A DNA stretch of 64,000 bases, from positions 9,129,097 through 9,193,096 of the forward strand of contig CM082598.2 in assembly GCA_040954595.2 (NCBI GenBank). The letters run 5' to 3'. Made by a program: the position numbers and the translations under genes. Below the pieces are notes generated by a model. That model was not told the DNA's origin. It ran no database searches and saw nothing but the letters and a program-made list of their open reading frames with translations. Numbering within the stretch: position 1 is the stretch's first letter; every line of letters begins with the position of its first letter. Below are positions 15,001-30,000 of the stretch, one piece after another. The DNA comes from Balanoglossus misakiensis. Taxonomy: Eukaryota > Animalia > Hemichordata.

Positions 15001-18000
15001 CGCTGAGAGTTTGTTGCCGCCATTCTTTGGCGGGGAGAAATAATGGCAGAGAATTTGTTGCCGCCATTCTTGGGAGGGAAGAAATAATGGCTGAGAATTT
15101 GTTGCCGCCATTCTTTGGAGGGGAGAAATGATGACAGAGAATTTATTGCCGCCATCCTTGGGAGGGGAGAAATAACGGCTGAGAGTTTGTTGCCGCCATT
15201 CTTGGGCGGGGAGAAATGATGGCAGAGAATTTGTTGCCGCCATTCTTGGGAGGCGAGAAATGATGGCTGAGAATTTGTTGCCGCCATTCTTTGGAGGGGA
15301 GAAATGATGGCTGAGAATTTTTTACCGCCATTCTTGGGAGGGGAGAAATAACGGCGGAGAGTTTGTTGCCGCCATTCTTGGGAGGGGAGAAATGATGGCA
15401 GAGAATATATTGCCGCCATCCTTGGGAGGGGAGAAATAACGGCTGAGAGTTTGTGGCCGCCATTCTTTGTAGTGGAGAAACGATGGCAGAGAGTTTGTTG
15501 CCGCCATTCTTGGGAGGGGAGAAATGATGGCTGAGAATTTGTTGCCGCCATTCTTGGGAGGGGAGAAATGATGGCAGAGAGTTTGTTGCCGCCATTCTTT
15601 GTAGTGGAGAAACGATGGCAGAGAGTTTGTTGCCGCCATTCTTGGGAGGGGAGAAATGATGGCTGAGAATTTTTTGCCGCCATTCTTGGGAGGGTAGAAA
15701 TAACGGCGGAGAGTTTGTTGCCGCCATTCTTGGGAGGGGAGAAATGATGGCAGAGAATTTATTGCCGCCATCCTTGGGAGGGGAGAAATAACGATGGAGA
15801 GTTTGTTGCCGCCATTCTTTGTAGTGGAGAAACGATGGCAGAGAGTTTGTTGCCGCCATTCTTGGGAGGGGAGAAATGATGGCTGAGAATTTGTTGCCGG
15901 CATTCTTGGGAGGGGAGAAATGATGGCTGAGAATTTGTTGCCGCCATTCTTGGGAGGGGAGAAACGATGGCAGAGAATATATTGCCGCCATCCTTGGAAG
16001 GGGAGAAATAACGGCTGAGAGTTTGTTGCCGCCATTCTTGGGAGGGGAGAAATAACGGCGGATAGTTTGTTGCCGCCATTCTTTGTAGTGGAGAAACGAT
16101 GGCAGAGAGTTTGTTGCCGCCATTCTTGGGAGGGGAGAAATGATGGCTGAGAATTTGTTGCCGGCATTCTTGGGAGGGGAGAAATGATGGCTGAGAATTT
16201 GTTGCCGCCATTCTTGGGAGGGGAGAAATGATGGCAGAGAATATATTGCCGCCATCCTTGGGAGGGGAGAAATAACGGCTGAGAGTTTGTTGCCGCCATT
16301 CTTTGTAGTGGAGAAACGATGGCAGAGAGTTTGTTGCCGCCATTCTTGGGAGGGGAGAAATGATGGCTGAGAATTTGTTGCCGCCATTCTTTGTAGTGGA
16401 GAAACGATGGCAGAGAGTTTGTTGCCGCCATTCTTGGGAGGGGAGAAATGATGGCTGAGAATTTTTTGCCGCCATTCTAGGGAGGGGAAAAATAACGGCG
16501 GAGAGTTTGTTGCCGCCATTCTTGGGAGGGGAGAAATGATGGCAGAGAGTTTGTTGCCGCCCTTATTGGGAGAGGAGAAACGATGGCTGAGAAATTATTG
16601 CCGCCATCCTTGGGAGGGGAGAAATAACGGCTGAGAGTTTGTTGCCGCCATTCTTGGGCGCGGAGAAATGATGGCAGAGAATTTGTTTCCGCCATTCTTG
16701 GGAGGGGAGAAATGATGGCTGAGAATTTTTTGCCGCCATTTTTGGGAGGGGAGAAATAACGGCGGAGAGTTTGTTGCCGCCATTCTTGGGAGGGGAGAAA
16801 TGATGGCAGAGAATTTATTGCCGCCATCCTTGGGAGGGGAGAAATAACGGCTGAGAGTTTGTTGCCGCCATTCTTTGTAGTGGAGAAACGATGGCAGAGA
16901 GTTTGTTGCCGCCTTTCTTGGGAGGGGAGAAATGATGGCTGAGAATTTGTTGCCGCCATTCTTGGGAGGGGAGAAATGATGGCTGAGAATTTGTTGCCGC
17001 CATTCTTGGGAGGGGAGAAATAATGGCTGAGAGTTTGTTGCCGCCAATATTGGGAGGGGAGAAATGATCGCAGAGAATGTGTTGCCGCCATTCTTGGCAG
17101 GGGAGAAATGATGGCTGAGAATTTGTTGCCGCCATTCTTTGGAGGGGAGAAATGATTGCAGAGAATTTATTGCCGCCTTCCTTGGGAGGGGAGAAATAAC
17201 GGCGGAGAGTTTGTTGCCGCCATTCTTTGTAGTGGAGAAACGATGGCAGAGAGTTTGTTGCCGCCATTCTTGGGAGGGGAGAAATGATGGCTGAGAATTT
17301 GTTGCCGCCATTCTTGGGAGGGGAGAAATGATGGCTGAGAATTTGTTGCCGCCATTCTTGGGAGGGGAGAAATGATGGCAGAGAGTTTGTTGCCGCCATT
17401 CTTTGTAGTGGAGAAACGATGGCAGAGAGTTTGTTGCCGCCATTCTTGGGAGGGGAGAAATGATGGCTGAGAATTTTTTGCCGCCATTCTTGGGAGGGTA
17501 GAAATAACGGCGGAGAGTTTGTTGCCGCCATTCTTGGGAGGGGAGAAATGATGGCAGAGAATTTATTGCCGCCATCCTTGGGAGGGGAGAAATAACGATG
17601 GAGAGTTTGTTGCCGCCATTCTTTGTAGTGGAGAAACGATGGCAGAGAGTTTGTTGCCGCCATTCTTGGGAGGGGAGAAATGATGGCTGAGAATTTGTTG
17701 CCGGCATTCTTGGGAGGGGAGAAATGATGGCTGAGAATTTGTTGCCGCCATTCTTGGGAGGGGAGAAACGATGGCAGAGAATATATTGCCGCCATCCTTG
17801 GAAGGGGAGAAATAACGGCTGAGAGTTTGTTGCCGCCATTCTTGGGAGGGGAGAAATAACGGCGGATAGTTTGTTGCCGCCATTCTTTGTAGTGGAGAAA
17901 CGATGGCAGAGAGTTTGTTGCCGCCATTCTTGGGAGGGGAGAAATGATGGCTGAGAATTTGTTGCCGGCATTCTTGGGAGGGGAGAAATGATGGCTGAGA

Positions 18001-21000
18001 ATTTGTTGCCGCCATTCTTGGGAGGGGAGAAATGATGGCAGAGAATATATTGCCGCCATCCTTGGGAGGGGAGAAATAACGGCTGAGAGTTTGTTGCCGC
18101 CATTCTTTGTAGTGGAGAAACGATGGCAGAGAGTTTGTTGCCGCCATTCTTGGGAGGGGAGAAATGATGGCTGAGAATTTGTTGCCGCCATTCTTGGGAG
18201 GGGAGAAATGATGGCTGAGAATTTGTTGCCGCCATTCTTGGGAGGGGAGAAATGATGGCAGAGAGTTTGTTGCCGCCATTCTTTGTAGTGGAGAAACGAT
18301 GGCAGAGAGTTTGTTGCCGCCATTCTTGGGAGGGGAGAAATGATGGCTGAGAATTTGTTGCCGCCTTTCTTGGGAGGGGAGAAATGATGGCTGAGAATTT
18401 GTTGCCGCCATTCTTGGGAGGGGAGAAATGATGGCTGAGAATTTGTTGCCGCCATTCTTGGGAGGGGAGAAATAATGGCTGAGAGTTTGTTGCCGCCATT
18501 ATTGGGAGGGGAGAAATGATCGCAGAGAATGTGTTGCCGCCATTCTTGGCAGGGGAGAAATGATGGCTGAGAATTTGTTGCCGCCATTCTTTGGAGGGGA
18601 GAAATGATTGCAGAGAATTTATTGCCGCCTTCCTTGGGAGGGGAGAAATAACGGCGGAGAGTTTGTTGCCGCCATTCTTTGTAGTGGAGAAACGATGGCA
18701 GAGAGTTTGTTGCCGCCATTCTTGGGAGGGGAGAAATGATGGCTGAGAATTTGTTGCCGCCATTCTTGGGAGGGGAGAAATGATGGCTGAGAATTTGTTG
18801 CCGCCATTCTTGGGAGGGGAGAAATGATGGCAGAGAGTTTGTTGCCGCCATTCTTTGTAGTGGAGAAACGATGGCAGAGAGTTTGTTGCCGCCATTCTTG
18901 GGAGGGGAGAAATGATGGCTGAGAATTTTTTGCCGCCATTCTTGGGAGGGTAGAAATAACGGCGGAGAGTTTGTTGCCGCCATTCTTGGGAGGGGAGAAA
19001 TGATGGCAGAGAATTTATTGCCGCCATCCTTGGGAGGGGAGAAATAACGATGGAGAGTTTGTTGCCGCCATTCTTTGTAGTGGAGAAACGATGGCAGAGA
19101 GTTTGTTGCCGCCATTCTTGGGAGGGGAGAAATGATGGCTGAGAATTTGTTGCCGGCATTCTTGGGAGGGGAGAAATGATGGCTGAGAATTTGTTGCCGC
19201 CATTCTTGGGAGGGGAGAAACGATGGCAGAGAATATATTGCCGCCATCCTTGGAAGGGGAGAAATAACGGCTGAGAGTTTGTTGCCGCCATTCTTGGGAG
19301 GGGAGAAATAACGGCGGATAGTTTGTTGCCGCCATTCTTTGTAGTGGAGAAACGATGGCAGAGAGTTTGTTGCCGCCATTCTTGGGAGGGGAGAAATGAT
19401 GGCTGAGAATTTGTTGCCGGCATTCTTGGGAGGGGAGAAATGATGGCTGAGAATTTGTTGCCGCCATTCTTGGGAGGGGAGAAATGATGGCAGAGAATAT
19501 ATTGCCGCCATCCTTGGGAGGGGAGAAATAACGGCTGAGAGTTTGTTGCCGCCATTCTTTGTAGTGGAGAAACGATGGCAGAGAGTTTGTTGCCGCCATT
19601 CTTGGGAGGGGAGAAATGATGGCTGAGAATTTGTTGCCGCCATTCTTGGGAGGGGAGAAATGATGGCTGAGAATTTGTTGCCGCCATTCTTGGGAGGGGA
19701 GAAATGATGGCAGAGAGTTTGTTGCCGCCATTCTTTGTAGTGGAGAAACGATGGCAGAGAGTTTGTTGCCGCCATTCTTGGGAGGGGAGAAATGATGGCT
19801 GAGAATTTTTTGCCGCCATTCTTGGGAGGGTAGAAATAACGGCGGAGAGTTTGTTGCCGCCATTCTTGGGAGGGGAGAAATGATGGCAGAGAATTTATTG
19901 CCGCCATCCTTGGGAGGGGAGAAATAACGATGGAGAGTTTGTTGCCGCCATTCTTTGTAGTGGAGAAACGATGGCAGAGAGTTTGTTGCCGCCATTCTTG
20001 GGAGGGGAGAAATGATGGCTGAGAATTTGTTGCCGGCATTCTTGGGAGGGGAGAAATGATGGCTGAGAATTTGTTGCCGCCATTCTTGGGAGGGGAGAAA
20101 CGATGGCAGAGAATATATTGCCGCCATCCTTGGAAGGGGAGAAATAACGGCTGAGAGTTTGTTGCCGCCATTCTTGGGAGGGGAGAAATAACGGCGGATA
20201 GTTTGTTGCCGCCATTCTTTGTAGTGGAGAAACGATTGCAGAGAGTTTGTTGCCGCCATTCTTGGGAGGGGAGAAATGATGGCTGAGAATTTGTTGCCGG
20301 CATTCTTGGGAGGGGAGAAATGATGGCTGAGAATTTGTTGCCGCCATTCTTGGGAGGGGAGAAATGATGGCAGAGAATATATTGCCGCCATCCTTGGGAG
20401 GGGAGAAATAACGGCTGAGAGTTTGTTGCCGCCATTCTTTGTAGTGGAGAAACGATGGCAGAGAGTTTGTTGCCGCCATTCTTGGGAGGGGAGAAATGAT
20501 GGCTGAGAATTTGTTGCCGCCATTCTTTGTAGTGGAGAAACGATGGCAGAGAGTTTGTTGCCGCCATTCTTGGGAGGGGAGAAATGATGGCTGAGAATTT
20601 TTTGCCGCCATTCTAGGGAGGGGAAAAATAACGGCGGAGAGTTTGTTGCCGCCATTCTTGGGAGGGGAGAAATGATGGCAGAGAGTTTGTTGCCGCCCTT
20701 ATTGGGAGAGGAGAAACGATGGCTGAGAAATTATTGCCGCCATCCTTGGGAGGGGAGAAATAACGGCTGAGAGTTTGTTGCCGCCATTCTTGGGCGCGGA
20801 GAAATGATGGCAGAGAATTTGTTTCCGCCATTCTTGGGAGGGGAGAAATGATGGCTGAGAATTTTTTGCCGCCATTTTTGGGAGGGGAGAAATAACGGCG
20901 GAGAGTTTGTTGCCGCCATTCTTGGGAGGGGAGAAATGATGGCAGAGAATTTATTGCCGCCATCCTTGGGAGGGGAGAAATAACGGCTGAGAGTTTGTTG

Positions 21001-24000
21001 CCGCCATTCTTTGTAGTGGAGAAACGATGGCAGAGAGTTTGTTGCCGCCATTCTTGGGAGGGGAGAAATGATGGCTGAGAATTTGTTGCCGCCATTCTTG
21101 GGAGGGGAGAAATGATGGCTGAGAATTTGTTGCCGCCATTCTTGGGAGGGGAGAAATAATGGCTGAGAGTTTGTTGCCGCCATTATTGGGAGGGGAGAAA
21201 TGATCGCAGAGAATGTGTTGCCGCCATTCTTGGCAGGGGAGAAATGATGGCTGAGAATTTGTTGCCGCCATTCTTTGGAGGGGAGAAATGATTGCAGAGA
21301 ATTTATTGCCGCCTTCCTTGGGAGGGGAGAAATAACGGCGGAGAGTTTGTTGCCGACATTCTTGGGAGGGGAGAAATGATGGCAGAGAATATGTTGCCGC
21401 CATCCTTGGGAGGGGAGAAATAACGGCTGAGAGTTTGTTGCCGCCATTCTTTGTAGTGGAGAAACGATGGCAGAGAGTTTGTTGCCGCCATTCTTGGGAG
21501 GGGAGAAATGATGGCTGAGAATTTTTTGCCGCCATTCTAGGGAGGGGAAAAATAACGGCGGAGAGTTTGTTGCCGCCATTCTTGGGAGGGGAGAAATGAT
21601 GGCTGAGAATTTTTTGCCGCCATTCTTGGGAGGGGAAAAATAACGGCGGAGAGTTTGTTGCCGCCATTCTTGGGAGGGGAGAAATGATGGCAGAGAATTT
21701 ATTGCCGCCATCCTTGGGAGGGGAGAAATAACGGCTGAGAGTTTGTTGCCGCCATTCTTTGTAGTGGAGATAGAAACGATGGCAGAGAGTTTGTTGCCGC
21801 CATTCTTGGGAGGGGAGAAATGATGGCTGAGAATTTGTTGCCGCCATTCTTGGGAGGGGAGAAATGATGGCAGAGAATATATTGCCGCCATCCTTGGGAG
21901 GGGAGAAATAACGGCTGAGAGTTTGTTGCCGCCATTCTTTGTAGTGGAGAAACGATGGCAGAGAGTTTGTTGCCGCCATTCTTGGGAGGGGAGAAATGAT
22001 GGCTGAGAATTTGTTGCCGCCATTCTTTGTAGTGGAGAAACGATGGCAGAGAGTTTGTTGCCGCCATTCTTGGGAGGGGAGAAATGATGGCTGAGAATTT
22101 TTTGCCGCCATTCTAGGGAGGGGAAAAATAACGGCGGAGAGTTTGTTGCCGCCATTCTTGGGAGGGGAGAAATGATGGCAGAGAGTTTGTTGCCGCCCTT
22201 ATTGGGAGAGGAGAAACGATGGCTGAGAAATTATTGCCGCCATCCTTGGGAGGGGAGAAATAACGGCTGAGAGTTTGTTGCCGCCATTCTTGGGCGCGGA
22301 GAAATGATGGCAGAGAATTTGTTTCCGCCATTCTTGGGAGGGGAGAAATGATGGCTGAGAATTTTTTGCCGCCATTTTTGGGAGGGGAGAAATAACGGCG
22401 GAGAGTTTGTTGCCGCCATTCTTGGGAGGGGAGAAATGATGGCAGAGAATTTATTGCCGCCATCCTTGGGAGGGGAGAAATAACGGCTGAGAGTTTGTTG
22501 CCGCCATTCTTTGTAGTGGAGAAACGATGGCAGAGAGTTTGTTGCCGCCATTCTTGGGAGGGGAGAAATGATGGCTGAGAATTTGTTGCCGCCATTCTTG
22601 GGAGGGGAGAAATGATGGCTGAGAATTTGTTGCCGCCATTCTTGGGAGGGGAGAAATAATGGCTGAGAGTTTGTTGCCGCCATTATTGGGAGGGGAGAAA
22701 TGATCGCAGAGAATGTGTTGCCGCCATTCTTGGCAGGGGAGAAATGATGGCTGAGAATTTGTTGCCGCCATTCTTTGGAGGGGAGAAATGATTGCAGAGA
22801 ATTTATTGCCGCCTTCCTTGGGAGGGGAGAAATAACGGCGGAGAGTTTGTTGCCGACATTCTTGGGAGGGGAGAAATGATGGCAGAGAATATGTTGCCGC
22901 CATCCTTGGGAGGGGAGAAATAACGGCTGAGAGTTTGTTGCCGCCATTCTTTGTAGTGGAGAAACGATGGCAGAGAGTTTGTTGCCGCCATTCTTGGGAG
23001 GGGAGAAATGATGGCTGAGAATTTTTTGCCGCCATTCTAGGGAGGGGAAAAATAACGGCGGAGAGTTTGTTGCCGCCATTCTTGGGAGGGGAGAAATGAT
23101 GGCTGAGAATTTTTTGCCGCCATTCTTGGGAGGGGAAAAATAACGGCGGAGAGTTTGTTGCCGCCATTCTTGGGAGGGGAGAAATGATGGCAGAGAATTT
23201 ATTGCCGCCATCCTTGGGAGGGGAGAAATAACGGCTGAGAGTTTGTTGCCGCCATTCTTTGTAGTGGAGATAGAAACGATGGCAGAGAGTTTGTTGCCGC
23301 CATTCTTGGGAGGGGAGAAATGATGGCTGAGAATTTGTTGCCGCCATTCTTGGGAGGGGAGAAATGATGTCAGAGAATTTGTTGCCGCCATTCTTGGGAG
23401 GGGAGAAATGATGGCTGATAATTTGTTGCCGCCATTCTTGGGCGGGGACAAATGATGGCAGAGAATTTGTTTCCGCCATTCTTTGGAGGGGAGAAATGAT
23501 GGCAGAGAATTTATTGCCGCCATCCTTGGGAGGGGAGAAATAATGGCTGAGAGTTTGTTGCCGCCATTATTGGGAGGGGAGAAATGATCGCAGAGAATTT
23601 GTTGCCGCCATTCTTGGGAGGGGAGAAATGATGGCTGAGAATTTGTTGCCGCCATTCTTTGGAGGGGAGAAATGATTGCAGAGAATTTATTGCCGCCTTC
23701 CTTGGGAGGGGAGAAATAACGGCGGAGAGTTTGTTGCCGACATTCTTGGGAGGGGAGAAATGATGGCAGAGAATATATTGCCGCCATCCTTGGGAGGGGA
23801 GAAATAACGGCTGAGAGTTTGTTGCCGCCATTCTTTGTAGTGGAGAAACGATGGCAGAGAGTTTGTTGCCGCCATTCTTGGGAGGGGAGAAATGATGGCT
23901 GAGAATTTGTTGCCGCCATTCTTTGTAGTGGAGAAACGATGGCAGAGAGTTTGTTGCCGCCATTCTTGGGAGGGGAGAAATGATGGCTGAGAATTTTTTG

Positions 24001-27000
24001 CCGCCATTCTAGGGAGGGGAAAAATAACGGCGGAGAGTTTGTTGCCGCCATTCTTGGGAGGGGAGAAATGATGGCAGAGAATTTATTGCCGCCATCCTTG
24101 GGAGCGGAGAAATAACGGCTGAGAGTTTGTTGCCGCCATTCTTTGTAGTGGAGAAACGATGGCAGAGAGTTTGTTGCCGCCATTCTTTGTAGTGGAGAAA
24201 CGATGGCAGAGAATTTGTTGCCGCCATTCTTGGGAGGGGAGAAATGATGGCTGAGAATTTTTTGCCGCCATTTTTGGGAGGGGAGAAATAACGGCGGAGA
24301 GTTTGTTGCCGCCATTCTTGGGAGGGGAGAAATGATGGCAGAGAATTTATTGCCGCCATCCTTGGGAGGGGAGAAATAACGGCTGAGAGTTTGTTGCCGC
24401 CATTCTTTGTAGTGGAGAAACGATGGCAGAGAGTTTGTTGCCGCCATTCTTGGGAGGGGAGAAATGATGGCTGAGAATTTGTTGCCGCCATTCTTGGGAG
24501 GGGAGAAATGATGGCTGAGAATTTGTTGCCGCCATTCTTGGGAGGGGAGAAATAATGGCTGAGAGTTTGTTGCCGCCATTATTGGGAGGGGAGAAATGAT
24601 CGCAGAGAATGTGTTGCCGCCATTCTTGGGAGGGGAGAAATGATGGCTGAGAATTTGTTGCCGCCATTCTTTGGAGGGGAGAAATGATTGCAGAGAATTT
24701 ATTGCCGCCTTCCTTGGGAGGGGAGAAATAACGGTGGAGAGTTTGTTGCCGACATTCTTGGGAGGGGAGAAATGATGGCAGAGAATATATTGCCGCCATC
24801 CTTGGGAGGGGAGAAATAACGGCTGAGAGTTTGTTGCCGCCATTCTTTGTAGTGGAGAAACGATGGCAGAGAGTTTGTTGCCGCCATTCTTGGGAGGGGA
24901 GAAATGATGGCTGAGAATTTGTTGCCGCCATTCTTTGTAGTGGAGAAACGATGGCAGAGAGTTTGTTGCCGCCATTCTTGGGAGGGGAGAAATGATGGCT
25001 GAGAATTTTTTGCCGCCATTCTTGGGAGGGGAAAAATAACGGCGGAGAGTTTGTTGCCGCCATTCTTGGGAGGGGAGAAATGATGGCAGAGAATTTATTG
25101 CCGCCATCCTTGGGAGGGGAGAAATAACGGCTGAGAGTTTGTTGCCGCCATTCTTTGTAGTGGAGATAGAAACGATGGCAGAGAGTTTGTTGCCGCCATT
25201 CTTGGGAGGGGAGAAATGATGGCTGAGAATTTGTTGCCGCCATTCTTGGGAGGGGATAAATGATGGCAGAGAATTTGTTGCCGCCATTCTTGGGAGGGGA
25301 GAAATGATGTCAGAGAATTTGTTGCCGCCATTCTTGGGAGGGGAGAAATGATGGCTGATAATTTGTTGCCGCCATTCTTGGGCGGGGACAAATGATGGAG
25401 AGAATTTGTTTCCGCCATTCTTTGGAGGGGAGAAATGATGGCAGAGAATTTATTGCCGCCATCCTTGGGAGGGGAGAAATAACGGCTGAGTGTTTGTTGC
25501 CGCCATTATTGGGCGGGGAGAAATGATGGCAGACAATTTGTTGCCGCCATTCTTGGGAGGGGAGAAATAATGGCTGAGAGTTTGTTGCCGCCATTATTGG
25601 GAGGGGAGAAATGATCGCAGAGAATTTGTTGCCGCCATTCTTGGGAGGGGAGAAATGATGGCTGAGAATTTGTTGCCGCCATTCTTTGGAGGGGAGAAAT
25701 GATTGCAGAGAATTTATTGCCGCCTTCCTTGGGAGGGGAGAAATAACGGCGGAGAGTTTGTTGCCGACATTCTTGGGAGGGGAGAAATGATGGCAGAGAA
25801 TATATTGCCGCCATCCTTGGGAGGGGAGAAATAACGGCTGAGAGTTTGTTGCCGCCATTCTTTGTAGTGGAGAAACGATGGCAGAGAGTTTGTTGCCGCC
25901 ATTCTTGGGAGGGGAGAAATGATGGCTGAGAATTTGTTGCCGCCATTCTTTGTAGTGGAGATAGAAACGATGGCAGAGAGTTTGTTGCCGCCATTCTTGG
26001 GAGGGGAGAAATGATGGCTGAGAATTTGTTGCCGCCATTCTTGGGAGGGGATAAATGATGGCAGAGAATTTGTTGCCGCCATTCTTGGGAGGGGAGAAAT
26101 GATGTCAGAGAATTTGTTGCCGCCATTCTTGGGAGGGGAGAAATGATGGCTGATAATTTGTTGCCGCCATTCTTGGGCGGGGACAAATGATGGCAGAGAA
26201 TTTGTTTCCGCCATTCTTTGGAGGGGAGAAATGATGGCAGAGAATTTATTGCCGCCATCCTTGGGAGGGGAGAAATAACGGCTGAGTGTTTGTTGCCGCC
26301 ATTATTGGGCGGGGAGAAATGATGGCAGAGAATTTGTTGCCGCCATTCTTGGGAGGGGAGAAATGATGTCAGAGAATTTGTTGCCGCCATTCTTGGGAGG
26401 GGAGAAATGATGGCTGATAATTTGTTGCCGCCATTCTTGGGCGGGGACAAATGATGGCAGAGAATTTGTTTCCGCCATTCTTTGGAGGGGAGAAATGATG
26501 GCAGAGAATATATTGCCGCCATCCTTGGGAGGGGAGAAATAACGGCAGAGAGTTTGTTGCCGCCATTCTTGGGAGGGGAGAAATGATGGCTGAGAATTTT
26601 TTGCCGCCATTCTTGGGAGGGGAAAAATAACGGCGGAGAGTTTGTTGCCGCCATTCTTGGGAGGGGAGAAATGATGGCTGAGAATTTGTTGCCGCCATTC
26701 TTGGGAGGGGATAAATGATGGCAGAGAATTTGTTGCCGCCATTCTTGGGAGGGGAGAAATGATGTCAGAGAATTTGTTGCCGCCATTCTTGGGAGGGGAG
26801 AAATGATGGCTGATAATTTGTTGCCGCCATTCTTGGGCGGGGACAAATGATGGCAGAGAATTTGTTTCCGCCATTCTTTGGAGGGGAGAAATGATGGCAG
26901 AGAATTTATTGCCGCCATCCTTGGGAGGGGAGAAATAACGGCTGAGTGTTTGTTGCCGCCATTATTGGGCGGGGAGAAATGATGGCAGAGAATTTGTTGC

Positions 27001-30000
27001 CGCCATTCTTGGGAGGGGAGAAATGATGTCAGAGAATTTGTTGCCGCCATTCTTGGGAGGGGAGAAATGATGGCTGATAATTTGTTGCCGCCATTCTTGG
27101 GCGGGGACAAATGATGGCAGAGAATTTGTTTCCGCCATTCTTTGGAGGGGAGAAATGATGGCAGAGAATATATTGCCGCCATCCTTGGGAGGGGAGAAAT
27201 AACGGCAGAGAGTTTGTTGCCGCCATTCTTGGGAGGGGAGAAATGATGGCTGAGAATTTTTTGCCGCCATTCTTGGGAGGGGAAAAATAACGGCGGAGAG
27301 TTTGTTGCCGCCATTCTTGGGAGGGGAGAAATGATGGCAGAGAATTTATTGCCGCCATCCTTGGGAGGGGAGAAATAACGGCTGAGAGTTTGTTGCCGCC
27401 ATTCTTTGTAGTGGAGATAGAAACGATGGCAGAGAGTTTGTTGCCGCCATTCTTGGGAGGGGAGAAATGATGGCTGAGAATTTGTTGCCGCCATTCTTGG
27501 GAGGGGATAAATGATGGCAGAGAATTTGTTGCCGCCATTCTTGGGAGGGGAGAAATGATGTCAGAGAATTTGTTGCCGCCATTCTTGGGAGGGGAGAAAT
27601 GATGGCTGATAATTTGTTGCCGCCATTCTTGGGCGGGGACAAATGATGGAGAGAATTTGTTTCCGCCATTCTTTGGAGGGGAGAAATGATGGCAGAAATT
27701 TATTGCCGCCATCCTTGGGAGGGGAGAAATAACGGCTGAGTGTTTGTTGCCGCCATTATTGGGCGGGGAGAAATGATGGCAGACAATTTGTTGCCGCCAT
27801 TCTTGGGAGGGGAGAAATAATGGCTGAGAGTTTGTTGCCGCCATTATTGGGAGGGGAGAAATGATCGCAGAGAATTTGTTGCCGCCATTCTTGGGAGGGG
27901 AGAAATGATGGCTGAGAATTTGTTGCCGCCATTCTTTGGAGGGGAGAAATGATTGCAGAGAATTTATTGCCGCCTTCCTTGGGAGGGGAGAAATAACGGC
28001 GGAGAGTTTGTTGCCGACATTCTTGGGAGGGGAGAAATGATGGCAGAGAATATATTGCCGCCATCCTTGGGAGGGGAGAAATAACGGCTGAGAGTTTGTT
28101 GCCGCCATTCTTTGTAGTGGAGAAACGATGGCAGAGAGTTTGTTGCCGCCATTCTTGGGAGGGGAGAAATGATGGCTGAGAATTTGTTGCCGCCATTCTT
28201 TGTAGTGGAGATAGAAACGATGGCAGAGAGTTTGTTGCCGCCATTCTTGGGAGGGGAGAAATGATGGCTGAGAATTTGTTGCCGCCATTCTTGGGAGGGG
28301 ATAAATGATGGCAGAGAATTTGTTGCCGCCATTCTTGGGAGGGGAGAAATGATGTCAGAGAATTTGTTGCCGCCATTCTTGGGAGGGGAGAAATGATGGC
28401 TGATAATTTGTTGCCGCCATTCTTGGGCGGGGACAAATGATGGCAGAGAATTTGTTTCCGCCATTCTTTGGAGGGGAGAAATGATGGCAGAGAATTTATT
28501 GCCGCCATCCTTGGGAGGGGAGAAATAACGGCTGAGTGTTTGTTGCCGCCATTATTGGGCGGGGAGAAATGATGGCAGAGAATTTGTTGCCGCCATTCTT
28601 GGGAGGGGAGAAATGATGTCAGAGAATTTGTTGCCGCCATTCTTGGGAGGGGAGAAATGATGGCTGATAATTTGTTGCCGCCATTCTTGGGCGGGGACAA
28701 ATGATGGCAGAGAATTTGTTTCCGCCATTCTTTGGAGGGGAGAAATGATGGCAGAGAATATATTGCCGCCATCCTTGGGAGGGGAGAAATAACGGCAGAG
28801 AGTTTGTTGCCGCCATTCTTGGGAGGGGAGAAATGATGGCTGAGAATTTTTTGCCGCCATTCTTGGGAGGGGAAAAATAACGGCGGAGAGTTTGTTGCCG
28901 CCATTCTTGGGAGGGGAGAAATGATGGCAGAGAATTTATTGCCGCCATCCTTGGGAGGGGAGAAATAACGGCTGAGAGTTTGTTGCCGCCATTCTTTGTA
29001 GTGGAGATAGAAACGATGGCAGAGAGTTTGTTGCCGCCATTCTTGGGAGGGGAGAAATGATGGCTGAGAATTTGTTGCCGCCATTCTTGGGAGGGGATAA
29101 ATGATGGCAGAGAATTTGTTGCCGCCATTCTTGGGAGGGGAGAAATGATGTCAGAGAATTTGTTGCCGCCATTCTTGGGAGGGGAGAAATGATGGCTGAT
29201 AATTTGTTGCCGCCATTCTTGGGCGGGGACAAATTATGGCAGAGAATTTGTTTCCGCCATTCTTTGGAGGGGAGAAATGATGGCAGAGAATTTATTGCCG
29301 CCATCCTTGGGAGGGGAGAAATAACGGCTGAGTGTTTGTTGCCGCCATTATTGGGCGGGGAGAAATGATGGCAGAGAATTTGTTGCCGCCATTCTTGGGA
29401 GGGGAGAAATGATGTCAGAGAATTTGTTGCCGCCATTCTTGGGAGGGGAGAAATGATGGCTGATAATTTGTTGCCGCCATTCTTGGGCGGGGACAAATGA
29501 TGGCAGAGAATTTGTTTCCGCCATTCTTTGGAGGGGAGAAATAATGGCAGAGAATATATTGCCGCCATCCTTGGGAGGGGAGAAATAACGGCTGAGTGTT
29601 TGTTGCCGCCTTTCTTGGGAGGGGAGAAATGATGGCTGAGAATTTGTTGCCGCCATTCTTGGGAGGGGAGAAATGATGGCTGAGAATTTGTTGCCGCCAT
29701 TCTTTGTAGTGGAGAAACGATGGCAGAGAGTTTGTTGCCGCCATTCTTGGGAGGGGAGAAACGATGGCTGAGAATTTTTTGCCGCCATTCTTGGGAGGGG
29801 AAAAATAACGGCGGAGAGTTTGTTGCCGCCATTCTTGGGAGGGGAGAAATGATGGCAGAGAATTTATTGCCGCCATCCTTGGGAGGGGAGAAATAACGGC
29901 TGAGAGTTTGTTGCCGCCATTCTTTGTAGTGGAGATAGAAATGATGGCAGAGAATTTATTGCCGCCATCCTTGGGAGGGGAGAAATAACGGCTGAGTGTT